From Antechinus flavipes (Eukaryota): a stretch of 64,000 bases of DNA. Shown here piece after piece: positions 21,916 through 34,479 of the stretch; the stretch's first letter is position 1, and every line of letters starts with the position of its first letter. The stretch covers positions 441,006,001 to 441,070,000 of the forward strand of contig NC_067399.1 in NCBI RefSeq assembly GCF_016432865.1, in the 5' to 3' direction. The position numbers and the translations under genes are program-made. Under the pieces are notes generated by a model. The model was not told the DNA's origin. It searched no databases and worked only from the letters and a program-made list of their open reading frames with translations.

Positions 21916-23995
21916 CCCAATTCACCTCTCCATCGGTAGGATATGATTTTCAATCCTTGGCTGGAGTGATTTTCAAATCCTGGTTCTCTGATCCCAAATC
22001 CAACACTCCTTGTACTGCACCATGCCATATTTGAAGCACTGTCATAAAGAAGAATTACCCTTGTTCTGTTTAACTCCAGAGGGTCAAACTAGGAGCAAAA
22101 GGTAGAGATTGCAAAGAGGCAGATTTCAGCTTGGTAGAAGGGGACAGTTCCTAACAATTAGATGTCTTCCAAAGTGGAGCAGTCTGCCATGGAAAGTTCT
22201 CTTTCACCGATAGTCATTAGTAAAGACTGGATAACCCCTGACATACCATGTGTGTAGCAGAGGGGACTATTCAGATAGCTTCTAGATTGGACAAGGGGGC
22301 TTCTAGATTCTACAGTTCTATAATTTGGTGTTGCTTATCCCTCAGGCTGTTATAAGGAAAGTACTTTCCAAATCCTGAAGTGCTATAGAAGTAGGTGTTA
22401 ATTACTGATATTCTCAAAGTACTATAAAAATGAGAATAAGGACATTATGGTAATAGTTTCATGAAGCCCTGCTCTAAAACTTCATCATAGCATAGAGATA
22501 ATGTAAGTTCTCTAAAGCTAAAACAATGAAGTCCAGATTCTGGAACAGAGGATTCTTAAGTATCTCCCAGTATCTTCTCTCTCTACCCCTCATAGAGTCT
22601 CTTGGTTTTAATTATTATTATTGCTCTGATGGTGATTTCCATTGTTGTATAGTATGAAAAAAGGACCCAATTCTAAAGTCAGAGGACCTGGATTCAAATC
22701 CTACCGTGGATACTTATTACTTGTATATGTTGTACAAGTCATTAACCTCTTTAAGTCTCAGTTTTGTCATCTGTAAAATGAAAATGTTAAACTAGATGTC
22801 CTCTGCAGTCCCTTTTAACTCTGAGTCTATGATCCTATATGATACTATAGTTCAAGCTTGCAAAACTTTAGTTCTATATTACCTGCCTCTTGGACAATTC
22901 CAACTGGATACTTCTTGGGCATCTCAAACTCAAAGTAGCCTAAGACAGAGCTTATCATCTTCCTCTCTGAAGCTCTCCCAACTTTCTCTGTCTTCATTGA
23001 GAGCATCACTATTCTTTCAGTCACCCATCACCCAAGTTCACAAGCTTAAAGTCCTCCTCAGCCTTCCTCACCCCTCATCCTTTTTGTGGTTGAATTTGAT
23101 TCTATTTCTCAAATATCTTTTGCAACTATATCCTTCCCTCAGGGAATGTTTCTTTTCTACTGCTACATTCCTAGTGCTTAGCACAGTACCTAATGTGTAA
23201 TGGGCACTACCAAATGCTGTTGGATTTATAACTCCTAACATGCAGGAAGCAAATGCTTCAAGTATGGTTCCAGCAATAATTGAGTCTGTTTGGCCAAGTA
23301 AGGGGAGACTGGTTCCTTGGTAATAAGCTCTTTAGCCATGGCCACCCAAATGATAGCCAAAAATACAAACCCGCTCTCAAATCTGTCTGGCCTCCTTCCA
23401 CCTCTGCAGTAACTGAGGCAGAGTAACAAAGGAAAAGATAGAAGGAGCTAAGAATCGCACACAGATGTTTGTTTTTTTTTAATGAACAAACATTTATTAA
23501 GCACTATTTCAGGGCCAACCACTGTGCTAAGTGCTGAGAATACAAATACAAAGTAAAAATAGTCCCTACGCTCAAAGAGCTTGTGGGAAGAAGATGTATT
23601 TTGGTTTGTAAAGTCAGAGATATAGCCCATATAAGTTTGGAAACTGTTTATATCAAATCCCACTACTGGGTCCACTAACTCTAAACTCTGGGGAAACAGT
23701 TTTTATACAGTCTATAAACTTCTACTTAACTTGTGGTAGTCTAAATGGAAGAACCTTGGCTAATAATCAAATGGCTAATCATGGTCATGGACAAAAGTTG
23801 CACTGGATAGGTAACCATGGAAGGGCATCTGGGAGGAAATGCCCCTCTCAATAACAGGTCTAGTGGTGTTTGTGAATAAGAACCTTAAAAACTTTACATA
23901 TGGGAGTTCTGGTTATCATTATTATGCACCTCAAGTCTAATAGCAGACTTAGAACACCATAGATAATGGGAGTTACTATTTTTCTTCTTCCCCAG

Positions 23996-24224
23996 GTCAG
24001 GGAGGCAGAGCTGAGTGACCAGTATGAGGCTGCCTGCAGTGAGGCTGAGTCCGCCACTGCTGATGTTCTGGACTTGCCTCTCCCCAGCTACTTCCGCTCT
24101 CGGAGCCATAGCTACCTTCGGGCCATCCAGGCGGGCTGCTCCCAGGATGAGGACAGCATCTCCCTCCAGTCCCTCTCTCCTCCACCCACAGGCAGCAGCC
24201 TGAGCAGCAGCCGCACACTGCCCA
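23996..24224 (+). CDS. DLGAP4: DLGAP4 coding exon 5 (229 nt, phase 0 to 1), GK-binding repeat
   Basis: Acceptor ttcttccccag|GTC. Encodes VREAELSDQYEAACSEAES...LDLPLPSYFRSRSHSYLRAIQAGCSQDEDSISLQSLSPPP...RTLP. Donor CCA|GTAAGT. Confidence 0.97.
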
Positions 24225-26164
24225 GTAAGTCCTGCTTCGAGAGGGGAGGAGGGTGGAAGGGATGGCGGGGCCAGGGAAAAGGAGGCATTCACTGGGAACA
24301 TGGACTACAGTTTTGTGAATCTGTTTGCTGAGAAACCAAGTAAGATAATGGAAGGAGAGCAGGATTTTGAGTCAAAGACTCTCAGTTCAAATCTTGCTTC
24401 TACTTTTTGGGTCACTGGGGAAAAAATCAGTTTCTTCCTCTGTAACAGGAATCTTTGAGCGCTATATCAGATTATCCCTCTGATGCCAGTTTGTGTATCC
24501 TATCATCCCCTATTCTCTAGTGATCCTGGTGGGCAGACAGAGAAGTCGCTAGTTTACCTGGGCTTGTGGGTACTGATTGTGTCATACAGGTGCTAAGTGA
24601 TTCCCAGAACACAGTGAGAGAAAAATTTTATGGACTCAGCCTCCCAGTAGCTGGGTTGAACATTGGGCTCTTGTGCACTCAGAACTGGTTGAAAAGGAGA
24701 CCATGGGGGGTCTCCTTCAGCGTTGTCTTCAATAGCTAGATGATTCAGTAGAGTACTGGGGCTGGAGTCAAAAAGACCTGAATTCAAATGCAGCTTCACA
24801 CACTTACAGGGCAAGCCATTTAACCTTTGTCTTGGTTTCCTAACTATAAGAGAAGAAATAATAGCACCTACCTCAAAAGGTTGTGAAAATCAAATGAGAT
24901 AATATTTGTAAAAGTACTTAGCACAAAAAAAAAAGACTCAATCAAAGAATAAAGAGGGAAAGTGGCAACAATTTAAACAACAAAAAAAGTACTTAGCACA
25001 GTAACTAGTACATAGTATTATAGTAGTAGGTACTATATAAATACTTATTCACTTCATGTCAAATATCTGAAGAGCTATCATGTGGAAGACATGCTTAATA
25101 AATGCTTGTTGATAGACTGGTTTGGATTGTCTCAAAAAATGGTGAGTTTTTTAATCATTGCATGTCTTCAGGTGGAAGCTATATGATTACTTGTTCAGGA
25201 TTAGTAGTAAATCAATCAATTAGCATTTCTTAAGCACCTTCTATGTGACAGGCACTTTGCTAGTCACTGCTTATTAGATTTTTGATTTTTGAATCAAAAT
25301 GGAGAGAGAGTTCTAGTACACTGAATTTAACTGAACCTACCAGAAGCCCAGAGGATCTGGATTCAAGTTCCACTTTTTGTGTTGGCTGTGTGACTTTGGA
25401 CAAATCACTTAACTTCTCAATTTCTCGGGCATTTTTGTATGACTTTGTACATATGCAGAATAATTGCTTATCTGTTCTATTAGAGAGAGTTCCCCCCCCC
25501 AAAAAAAAAAAATTAGCACTTGTCTTTGAAGAAACAACATGGTAGAAAGAGAACCTGATTTGTAGTTAGTTTCAAATCTTTGCTCAACTTCTTGCTTGCA
25601 GTGGGACTCTTCCCTTTTCTGAATCTGAGCTTCTCCATCTATAAAAATGAAAGAATTGGACTAGATAACTATAGAGCTTAAATCTAAACTCCTCACTTTA
25701 TGAAGGAAAAAACTGATGCTCAGAGAGGTTATGGATCTTGCTCATAGTCACACAGCGAATAAGTATCTGAGGCAGGATTCTGAACAGTGAATGTTCTTTC
25801 TGCCTTTTTCTTCCAATTCTCTAATCCAATGCATCAAAATGTCACTGAGACCCTTTTTACTTCAAAATCCTTTGCTCTCATGCTAGACAATGAACAAATT
25901 GGGATCAATGAAGATTTTGAGGCCAGAAAGTTGAGTGTCATCCAATAAGAAAGATTTACAAGGTACGAGAATGAGGAATCCAAGATAATATCCAGCCTGG
26001 AAGATAGAATAAATGATAGTACCATTAATAGAGACAGGAAAGTCAAGAGGAACAATTTGAGGCAAAAAATAAAACAATATAAAGCTAAGCTTAGTTTTGT
26101 AGGATGGTAAAAGATCCCTGGATTTGTAGTTCAGGCACGTGGGTTGAAATTGTGGCTTAAACTA

Positions 26165-26445
26165 ACTATGGCATCTATAAATTTCTTCTGCTGGGGAAAC
26201 TGTGACTGATGGATCCCTTGAGCTCAGGAATTCTGAGCTGCAGTGGCCTGGGCTGGTCAGCTGTCCAAACTAAGTTTGCACTAATATGCCAGGAGGGGAG
26301 GTCTGCTCGGCCGCCTGAGGAGAAGGGAACAGACTTAGTCAGAAATGGAGCAGGTCAAAGCTGATGTGCCAATCAGGAATGGGATCCATCTGTGAGTGAT
26401 TGCTGCACTTCCATCCAGAGCGAGATAGGGAGACCTAATCTCAAT
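26165..26445 (+). pseudogene. 7SL (SRP RNA)-derived copy; pseudogene or P7SL-type marsupial element
   Basis: Colinear with recalled 7SL: ggatcccttgagctcaggaattctgagctgcagtg ... tgtccaaactaagtttgcactaatatg ... gaaatggagcaggtcaaagct ... gggatc ... ctgcacttcc ... gagacc. Includes the S domain, so it is not Alu-like. Strongly decayed. Confidence 0.85.
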
Positions 26446-26549
26446 CAAGCAATCAAGCAATCAGTCGATAAAATCTGGCTCGGACAGTGTCTGTATGATC
26501 CTAAGTTAGTCATTTCTGTCTGTTCCTCATTTTCCTTTTCTATAAGACT

Positions 26550-26800
26550 GGAGCAGCTAAGTGGCACAGTGAACCTAGAGTACTGGGCTTGGACTTAGGA
26601 AAGCTCATCTTCCTGAATTCAAATCTGCCCTCAGACACTTCTTAGCATGTAATCCCGGGCAAGTCACTTCACCCCATTTGCCTCAGTTTCCTCATGTGTA
26701 AAATGATGTGAAGAGGGAAATGACAAACCATTGCATTATATTTGTCAAGAAAACCCCAAATGGAGTCACAAAGATTCAGACATTACAGAAATAAATGAAC
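26550..26800 (+). mobile_element. Mar1-like SINE
   Basis: gagcagctaagtggcacagtg...ctcatcttcctgaattcaaatc...aagaaaaccccaaatggagtcacaaaga. Confidence 0.75.
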
Positions 26801-27379
26801 ACACACAAAATGGGAACAGTCATCCCTCATCCGTCTTCTTAAGGCTGAGAAGATCAATGAGAAAATGAATGTTTCTATAAACTTGAAAGGACTATACCCA
26901 GGGGATCAATTGTAATTAGTCTAATGACCTGCCCAGGAATGCTCAGGCAGCAGCTGTTACCCGGGAAAATGAGATCTTGCCAGACTAGAGGGAAAGGAGG
27001 GGCAGGGGCAAGTTGGAGAGAGGCCAGGAGGAAGAGAAGGGCAGAAGCTCTGGGTGGAGAGCCCCAGACTTGGATGGGCCTCAGGCTTAGGCCCTGAACT
27101 GGTCCTCCATATGTCCTTCCAGAGGAACATACGCACCTTCCTTTTTCCTGCCTCCTTCCTTCTGACCCAGATTTCACATTCCAGAAATAGCTTTCTCAAG
27201 CAGCCTGGCAGGGAGCACATTAGCCCCTGCCTGTGATGCATTGTGAGCCTGCTCCAACTTCTCAAGCACATGGACATGCACACAGACAAACAGACGCACA
27301 CACTGACAGCTGGCAGACTTCCATAGTGCTGGCCCCGAAAAATGCCCATGGTCAGACAAGCCAGTGAGCTCTTCCATTC

Positions 27380-27800
27380 CTTTTCTGTGTCTCTGGCTCT
27401 TTGTTCATTTTCTCTCTCTGTATCTCTCTCTCTCTCTCTTGCTCTCTCTCTCTCTTGCTCTCTTGCTCTTTCTCGCTCTCTCTCTCGCTCTTTCTCACTC
27501 TCTCGCTTTCTCTCTCTTTCTCCCATCTGTCCTATTTTTCTGTTTCTTTTTATTCCATAATTTCTTCTTCTCCCTCTCCACCTCTTTTGTTGCAATTTTT
27601 TAATTCTCATTTTTAGCTTTTTGTTTTCACATCTCTGCTTCTGTGTTTTCTGTTTTTCTCTCTGCATCCTCTCTCCCATTTCTTTGTCATTCTCCCCTCC
27701 CTCCTCTCCCATTTTCTCCCTTTCGCCATTTCTCCTTCTCTCTCACTGTCCTGCTGTGTAAATCTTTCTGTTTCACTCTCACTGTACCTCAATGCATCTT
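27380..27800 (+). repeat. Long CT-rich homopyrimidine tract, (CT)n and derivatives
   Basis: About 400 nt with few purines on the + strand, core tctctctctctctcttgctctctc. Confidence 0.9.
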
Positions 27801-29414
27801 TATTTCCTTTTCTTAGTAGAAATTCAGTGATCCTATCTCCTCCATCATATGGGATGAAAGCTATTCAGCCTCAGCCGAATTAGAATGTCCATGTCAGAGG
27901 TGGTATGAAGTAGGGGCAAAAGACATAGGACTGAAATTCTACCCTGACTATAGCTATTGTACCATGGATGGTCATGAGATCATGCTATGGTCTAATAACC
28001 TTTTTCTCTGCAGCATCAGATCTCCCTGTGGAAGGTGGTCTTTGTCCCTGAGTTGTGTGAATGACTGGTGAGATTTTATTCAAGACAAGACACACAGAGG
28101 GGCAAAGACAAAAAAGAAGTTGTCACAGAGAGGAAGGTACCCCCACTCCCCACATCTTATCCAAACTTGAATGTCAGAGGATGTAGCTGGTTAAGAACTA
28201 AGAACCCTCCCCTTCTGTAATGCCTGCCTGGCCTGAGTCCTCCACCTCAGCAACATCTGGAGAACAAATGCTTCATAGTGACATCTTCAGATCTTTTGGG
28301 GTTGGATGGGAGGGTGGATAGAAAGTGGGGAGAAGAGACTCTTGGAACAGAACTACAAAGGACTAGGTTCTAGCCCTGGCTCTGCTACTAACTCATTATG
28401 TGACCATAAACAAGCTCTTTCCCTCTTCTTTTAAGACCAAATTTTCAAATCTAAAAGATGATGGAATTGAACTCTTTGATTTCTAAGGGTCCTCTGAACT
28501 TTGATATCCTAGGACTCTAGGATTCCCCTCTCTTCTGGCATACCATTTTACCCAAGAAGAATTCACAAAGCCCCAGTAAGTTGAGCAGAAAGGCACATAG
28601 TAAGGTTTAGACAGATGATGACAACTTAGCTTTATGTCATCCTCTAAGGTTTATAAAGCCCTTTACAAACATTATCTCACTTATTCTTCAACATAACCCT
28701 ATGAAATAGGGGCTCTTACTATCCTATTTTACAAATGAAGAAACTGAGGCTTAGAGAGCTGTAGAGAATTGCCTAGGATTGCCCAGCTAGGAAGTGTCTA
28801 GAGTGAGATTTAAAGCCAGATCTTTCTGTCCCCTAACTCTTAGCAATGACATGCTGGCTGTGAAAATGACAGGGGATGGGGAAGAGACCCTGGAAATGAT
28901 TACGTTGTTGAAGTTGGCTTCTGCCTCCTTTCTCCCCATGGTGTCTTTGCCCTGTGCATCAAAGTCGGCAGGACCCACCCACGTGCAAAATCTTTTTTAC
29001 ACCCAAATGAAGGGGAATTTGACCAATCATCTTGCTCCAGCTTCCATTTCATTTCCATTAAAGTGATTTCTTTCTGTCTTTCAAAAAAATTTCTTATATC
29101 TCACACCCTTCAACAAATTCTGATTCAGTGACAATGGTTTCTTTACTGTTCCTTAAACAACATGTCCCATTTGCTGACTGATATTTCACTAGCTGTTCCT
29201 TATACCTGAAATGCGTTTCTTCCTTATTTCTGTCTACTAGTTTCTCTGGCTTCTTTCTAATCCCAGCTAAAATCTCACCCTCAACAAAAGATCCAGGGAT
29301 CCAATGGCTTAGTCCAGAGCCACGCACATAGTACATATTTAATAAATTGACTGATTTATTGCTGACTTTAATGTTAATGACTTCCCTTTGTATTATCTAT
29401 AATTTATTCTGTAT

Positions 29415-29660
29415 GTAGCTGCTAGGTGGCTCCATACTACACAGAGCAGCAGGCTAGAGTCAGGAAAATTCTGCCTGAGTTCAGGTCGGGCTTCAGACAC
29501 ATACTAGCTATATGACCATAGGCATCTCATTTTACCCTGTTTGCCTCAGTTTGCTCACCTGCAAAATGAACTGGAGAAGGAAATGGAAAACCATTCCAGT
29601 ATCCTTGACAAGCAAACCTAAAGTGAAGTATCAAAGAGTTGGACAAGACTAAAAAAATGT
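29415..29660 (+). mobile_element. Mar1-like SINE
   Basis: gctgctaggtggc...cctgagttcaggtc...ctggagaaggaaatggaaaaccattccagtatcc. Confidence 0.75.
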
Positions 29661-29819
29661 TACAATAGCTTATTCATCTGTGTTATTTCCCCCACCCCTC
29701 CACCCAGCATTGGAATCTTAGTTTCTTGAAGATAGGGCCCGAAGGATTTTTTGCCTTTTTTTTTTTTTTTTTTTTATGTATTCCTGTTGCTTACTGCAGG
29801 GTTGGCTCACAGTAGGAAT

Positions 29820-29945
29820 TAAATTTAATCAATCAATCAATTAATTAAATTGTTTATAATTTATAATGTAATATAAATATGATATGTGATATATAATTTA
29901 TATTTATAATTTTAATTAATTTAATTAATTAATAAAGACAAAAAT
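29820..29945. repeat. AT-rich low-complexity tract
   Basis: Almost entirely A/T (aattaattaa, tataat repeats). Confidence 0.85.
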
Positions 29946-31983
29946 TTATTGTCTAAGAGCTTGCCTGACCTGACAGACTTATGTGGAGTTTCCATCAGTG
30001 CCCCTAATTCTGTATAAGAAAAACACAGATTTTACTTGCCAAAAGAAGAAAGAATGGATCTTCTTCTACTTTACTCCTTTCCTATAAAGTCTGATAACTG
30101 GGATGTCCTACCCGAAAATGGGCTTCATGCAGGCAAGACTTCTGGATTTAGAGTGGATAGCTAGCTATGGGATTCTCTCTTAACTTTGGACTTTTTTAAA
30201 CCCCACCCTTTCCTGGTCTTCAAACTCTAAGGCCAGAACCTCAGTTTCCTTTTCTAGACAATGAAGAGGTTGGAGGCAGTATGGTATAACAGGTTTGGAG
30301 CCACAGGACATGGGTCCACATCCCACCTTTACTATTTACAACTTAGACAAGTTAATTAACTTCTCTGGGCCTCAGTTCCCTCATGTGTAAAATAAGATTA
30401 GAGCAAATGGCCTTTCTGATTCCTTCCAACTTTAGCTCTATGATCTTATGGCACCCGAGGTCTCTTCCACCTCTAACATTCTATTTATTCTGTTCACTAG
30501 TATTTATGTAGACAAAGTTTTAAGGTTTACAAAGCACTTTGCAATATTATCTCAGATGATCCTTATGACAACCCTATAAGATAAGGGTTTTTATTATCCA
30601 CATTTTACAAATGGGGAAACCAAGGCAGACAGGCTTGCTTAGTGTCATATAACTAATATGTGTCAGATTGGATTGAACTCAGGTCTTCCTGATTCTAGAA
30701 CCAGAGCACTATCTGCTATGTCAACTAGCTGCCTTTTATTCTATTGTTCTAAGAATCCACGGCTCTATTTTCTATGGTCCCAAGATTCCATAATTCCAAT
30801 ATTCAATGTTGTATGATTCTATAATTTTATCATTCTTGTTTACTCTCTGTGCTTACATTCATATATATGTATAAATATATATGTATACATATATATGCAT
30901 TTTTAGAGAGAAAGAATTTTGAATAGAGTTTGACTGGCACACACATATACATTCATAAATCAGGGAGCTATATTTCATCAGTATAGATGCTCCGTATCAA
31001 AATAGATCACACAATTTGTCCATAACTTAGTCAATAGTCTTCAATTTCTCTTTGCTTAGCCTGATAAGTTTCTACCCCACCCTTGAGGTGGGGTACTGAG
31101 GCAACAAACCAACACACCTGAGATTGTATTGTAGGTCTTTCCAATTGGATGGGAGCCACTAAAGCTTGTGCTCCATTAATATGGCCTTCAAGAACTCCAT
31201 AATAAAGCATAAAGAAACTTGAATGGAATAAACCAGTCAGAGTTGATAAACATTTATTAAGTACCGACTATGTGCCAAGCACTGGGCTAAGTGCTAGGAA
31301 TAAAAAAAAATAATAAAAAGAAAGACATAAGACCCTGCCTTCAAGAAGATCACACTGGAATGGGAAAGCTAAACTGGGAGGAGGTATAGAGGCATGCAAT
31401 CAGGGTGGGAAATTATCTGAGGAGGTGTGAATTTCTGCACTGATTTCATCTTGCAAAGTGGTGAATTTCTAGCGTAGATGAAGAACAAAAAAAGTAGCAG
31501 GTGGGAAATGAAAAGAATTCCCTGAATGCCCTTCTTACATAGTGGAGAATGTAGGAGGAACTCTCCAAGGTCAAATCTCCACCCTTTCCAATGAGAGGGA
31601 GGGAAGAGCCCGAGGGGTAGGAGGTGCTAGGATTCAGTGTTTCCTAGTTGATTTCATCTTGCAGAATGACAAGTTTCTGGAGATAAGCAACTTGGTATAG
31701 TGCATATAGAGCCACCTTTGAATCCAGGAAGATCAAAATCCAAGTCTCATCTTTGACACATTACTGGCTGTTGACTCAATATTGTCTGTGACCCTGAACA
31801 AGTCATTCAATCACAGCTCTCCAGACTACAAGTTGTAGAGAAAATGCTTGTATTAATAGGAGTTCCCTCTTGGGGAATTCCCCATACCAAAGAACTTACA
31901 AGTTTTTGTTGCTTCCCTAACATAGATAAAGAGGTAGATATGAGAGGTGCCCATAGCATAGTGGATAAAAGAGCTGCCCTGAG

Positions 31984-32135
31984 GCAGCTTAGATGGCGGC
32001 AGTGGACAGAGCACCAGCCTGTCACCTCTAAGTCAGGAGGACCTGAGTTCAAATGTAACCTCAGACACTTAAGACTTCCTAGCTATGTGACAATGGCCAA
32101 GTCACTTAACCCCAATTGCCTCAGGGAAAAAAAGA
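31984..32135 (+). mobile_element. WSINE1-like SINE
   Basis: gcagcttagatggcggcagtggacagagcacc...aagtcaggaggacctgagttcaaat...gtcacttaaccccaattgcctcagggaaaaaa. Confidence 0.8.
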
Positions 32136-34479
32136 GTTTAGTCATAGACTCATAGGATTTAGAATGGGAAGAGCCCTTCAGATTATTTAATTCAATCTCC
32201 TCTTTTTGCAGATTAAAAAAATAAACCTGAGGTCAAAAAGGGAAGGGACTTGGCCAATATCAGAGTAAAGATTCCAGCCTGTGTCCTTTCACTCCAGCAA
32301 AGCTGAATTAAATTCAAGGTAGAAACTAGACATCGTAACTATTGCCTCTTAGTGAAAACTATGGGTGTGATGCAAGGCTCCTTCCAGACAGACCCTGCCT
32401 CCCCCCCTTTTTTACTCCCACACACCAGTCTTGTAGCATGTATCTCTCTCAGGAAAGGGTTCAGCAGGCAGGAATAGCAATGCCTCAGAGCCCTGGCTTG
32501 CTCGTCAGGGTGGGAGTTGCTTAGTACTGATGCCAAGTAAGGCATCAAAATTCCTACTCAATTCTACTACCAGCTGACCTCCAGGCTGCTGAAAAACAGG
32601 AAGCAGCATGATCAGCTCTTTTGGACAGACCTATACAATGAAGAGAGTCTTCAAGTCATCCAACCTCCAGCTCCCCCTCTCCTGTCTCCCACTGCTTCTT
32701 CTCCCAGAGTTCTTGGGCCCCCCTCTGAATGTACAAAGCTCTTCCCAGGCCTGCCAGCCATGGTGGTACCAAGTTATCCCTCCTTCCTCTGCCCCATGCC
32801 CTCTGTCCCATGCTTTCAGTGGGAGGATTTCAGCAACCTGATAACACTAAGGATTCTGATATGGTGGAAATGGTTCTAGCCAAATAACTAATTGAAGTTC
32901 TGACATTGTTCTGACATTTATGACCTCTGTGATTCTAAATAAGTCACTTAACGTGACCCTCAGTTTCCCTATCCATAAAACAGGAACAATACTACCTGCC
33001 TCACCTACCCCACAGTGATGTTATAGAAGAGATTGCTCATATTATTACCATTTTACCACTACATTGCCTTTAAAGTGATATGTCATTCATTTGATCTTCG
33101 TAATAGTCTACTGGGGGATGCTGAGCAAGAGTTATCCAATTTTACAGAAAGGGAGACTGAGACCTAGAGCCAAGAAATGACTCCAGTTCAATTTAACAAG
33201 CATTTATGGTCTATGAGTTAGACATTGGATTTGTAAACGTCTTTTGCCTTTAAGGAGCCTTTGTGGGGGATGAAGGGAATATAGTAAAAGAATCATACAA
33301 AATAAAAACAGTAATTTGGCAGGAGATAACTCTTGAACTGAGACTTAGGGGGAATAAGATGGTGAGGAGAAAGAGCGTTCTAGCAGTGCTAAGGCAGTGA
33401 ACATGGAGATGGAGTGTTTGTGGGTTAGAAAAAAAGGCTTAATTTGGGTAGGAAGGCAAGAGTGGGCGGGGGGGGGGGGTAACAAGACTGGACAGATAGG
33501 TTGGAGCCAAGTTGTAAAGAGCTCTGAGTATCCTAGAAGCCATAGGGAAACGCTTATGTTGAGTAGGAAATAGATTCTTCTCTCAAGAGGAAACAGCCAG
33601 TCAGTCAACAGCCAGGGACAAAGTAGTCCACTTAGCTGGGTGTAGACCATGTGAAAGGAGGAGTAATATAAAAAGCATAAAATCTAAACAGGTGGGTTAG
33701 TGCCAGGTTGTGATAAGCCTTGAATGCCAGGATCAGGAGTTTAGACAAAAAATAAATAAGCATCCACGGAAGGTTTTTGAACAGAGTAGTAGGGAATATG
33801 CTTAGTATCGATGTGGCCTCCTTTTTTCCTTCTGCAAAATGAGGGGATTGGAACTAGATGACTCCCTAAAACTCTTTTTAGCTCTAAATCTATGATCAAA
33901 TGTTAGGAAAATTATAGCTCCAAGAGGATGAAATTGCAAAGGGAGACAGCCAGATAGGAGACTAATCATCTAGGTCTGAAGGTTTGAATTGGTTTAGGTT
34001 AGTGGAGAAAAGTTAAGTACAAGATTGTGGAGTTTAATGAAGTTACAGGACATGGCAACTAATTTTTTTGGATATGTGATGACAGCATGCCCCTTCCTCA
34101 CTCTGGACCTGTTTCTTCTGTAAAATGAGATAGCTGAGCCACCCTGTCCCTTCGAGCCCTAGTATTTGTGATTCTCAAAGCCCTGATTGCCCTTTCAAAT
34201 GCCTCTTGAATGCTGCTTATTTAATACCTAGGATTTATAGAACGGTCCTCGGGAATGGGATAGAGAGAAGGCTGTCTGTCTTGTCCAGGACATCCTTTTC
34301 GGAGAAGAGCTTGTTAAAGTGGCTGTAGCCCTGACTACTGGCCTAGGAAGAAGGAAACAAAAGGAGAACAGAAAGAGAAAGGGGTAGGGAAAGGGTAAAG
34401 GGAGTCTGCGGGGAAAAAATGGGGAGGATTGATTTGTCAGATCGCTGCCAGCTCGCCACCATAGGATGGTGTGGGCTGA

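Noticed and set aside
26957-27712. 251-aa Glu/Arg/Lys-rich minus-strand ORF
   Set aside because: It is the translation of the (CT)n low-complexity tract.
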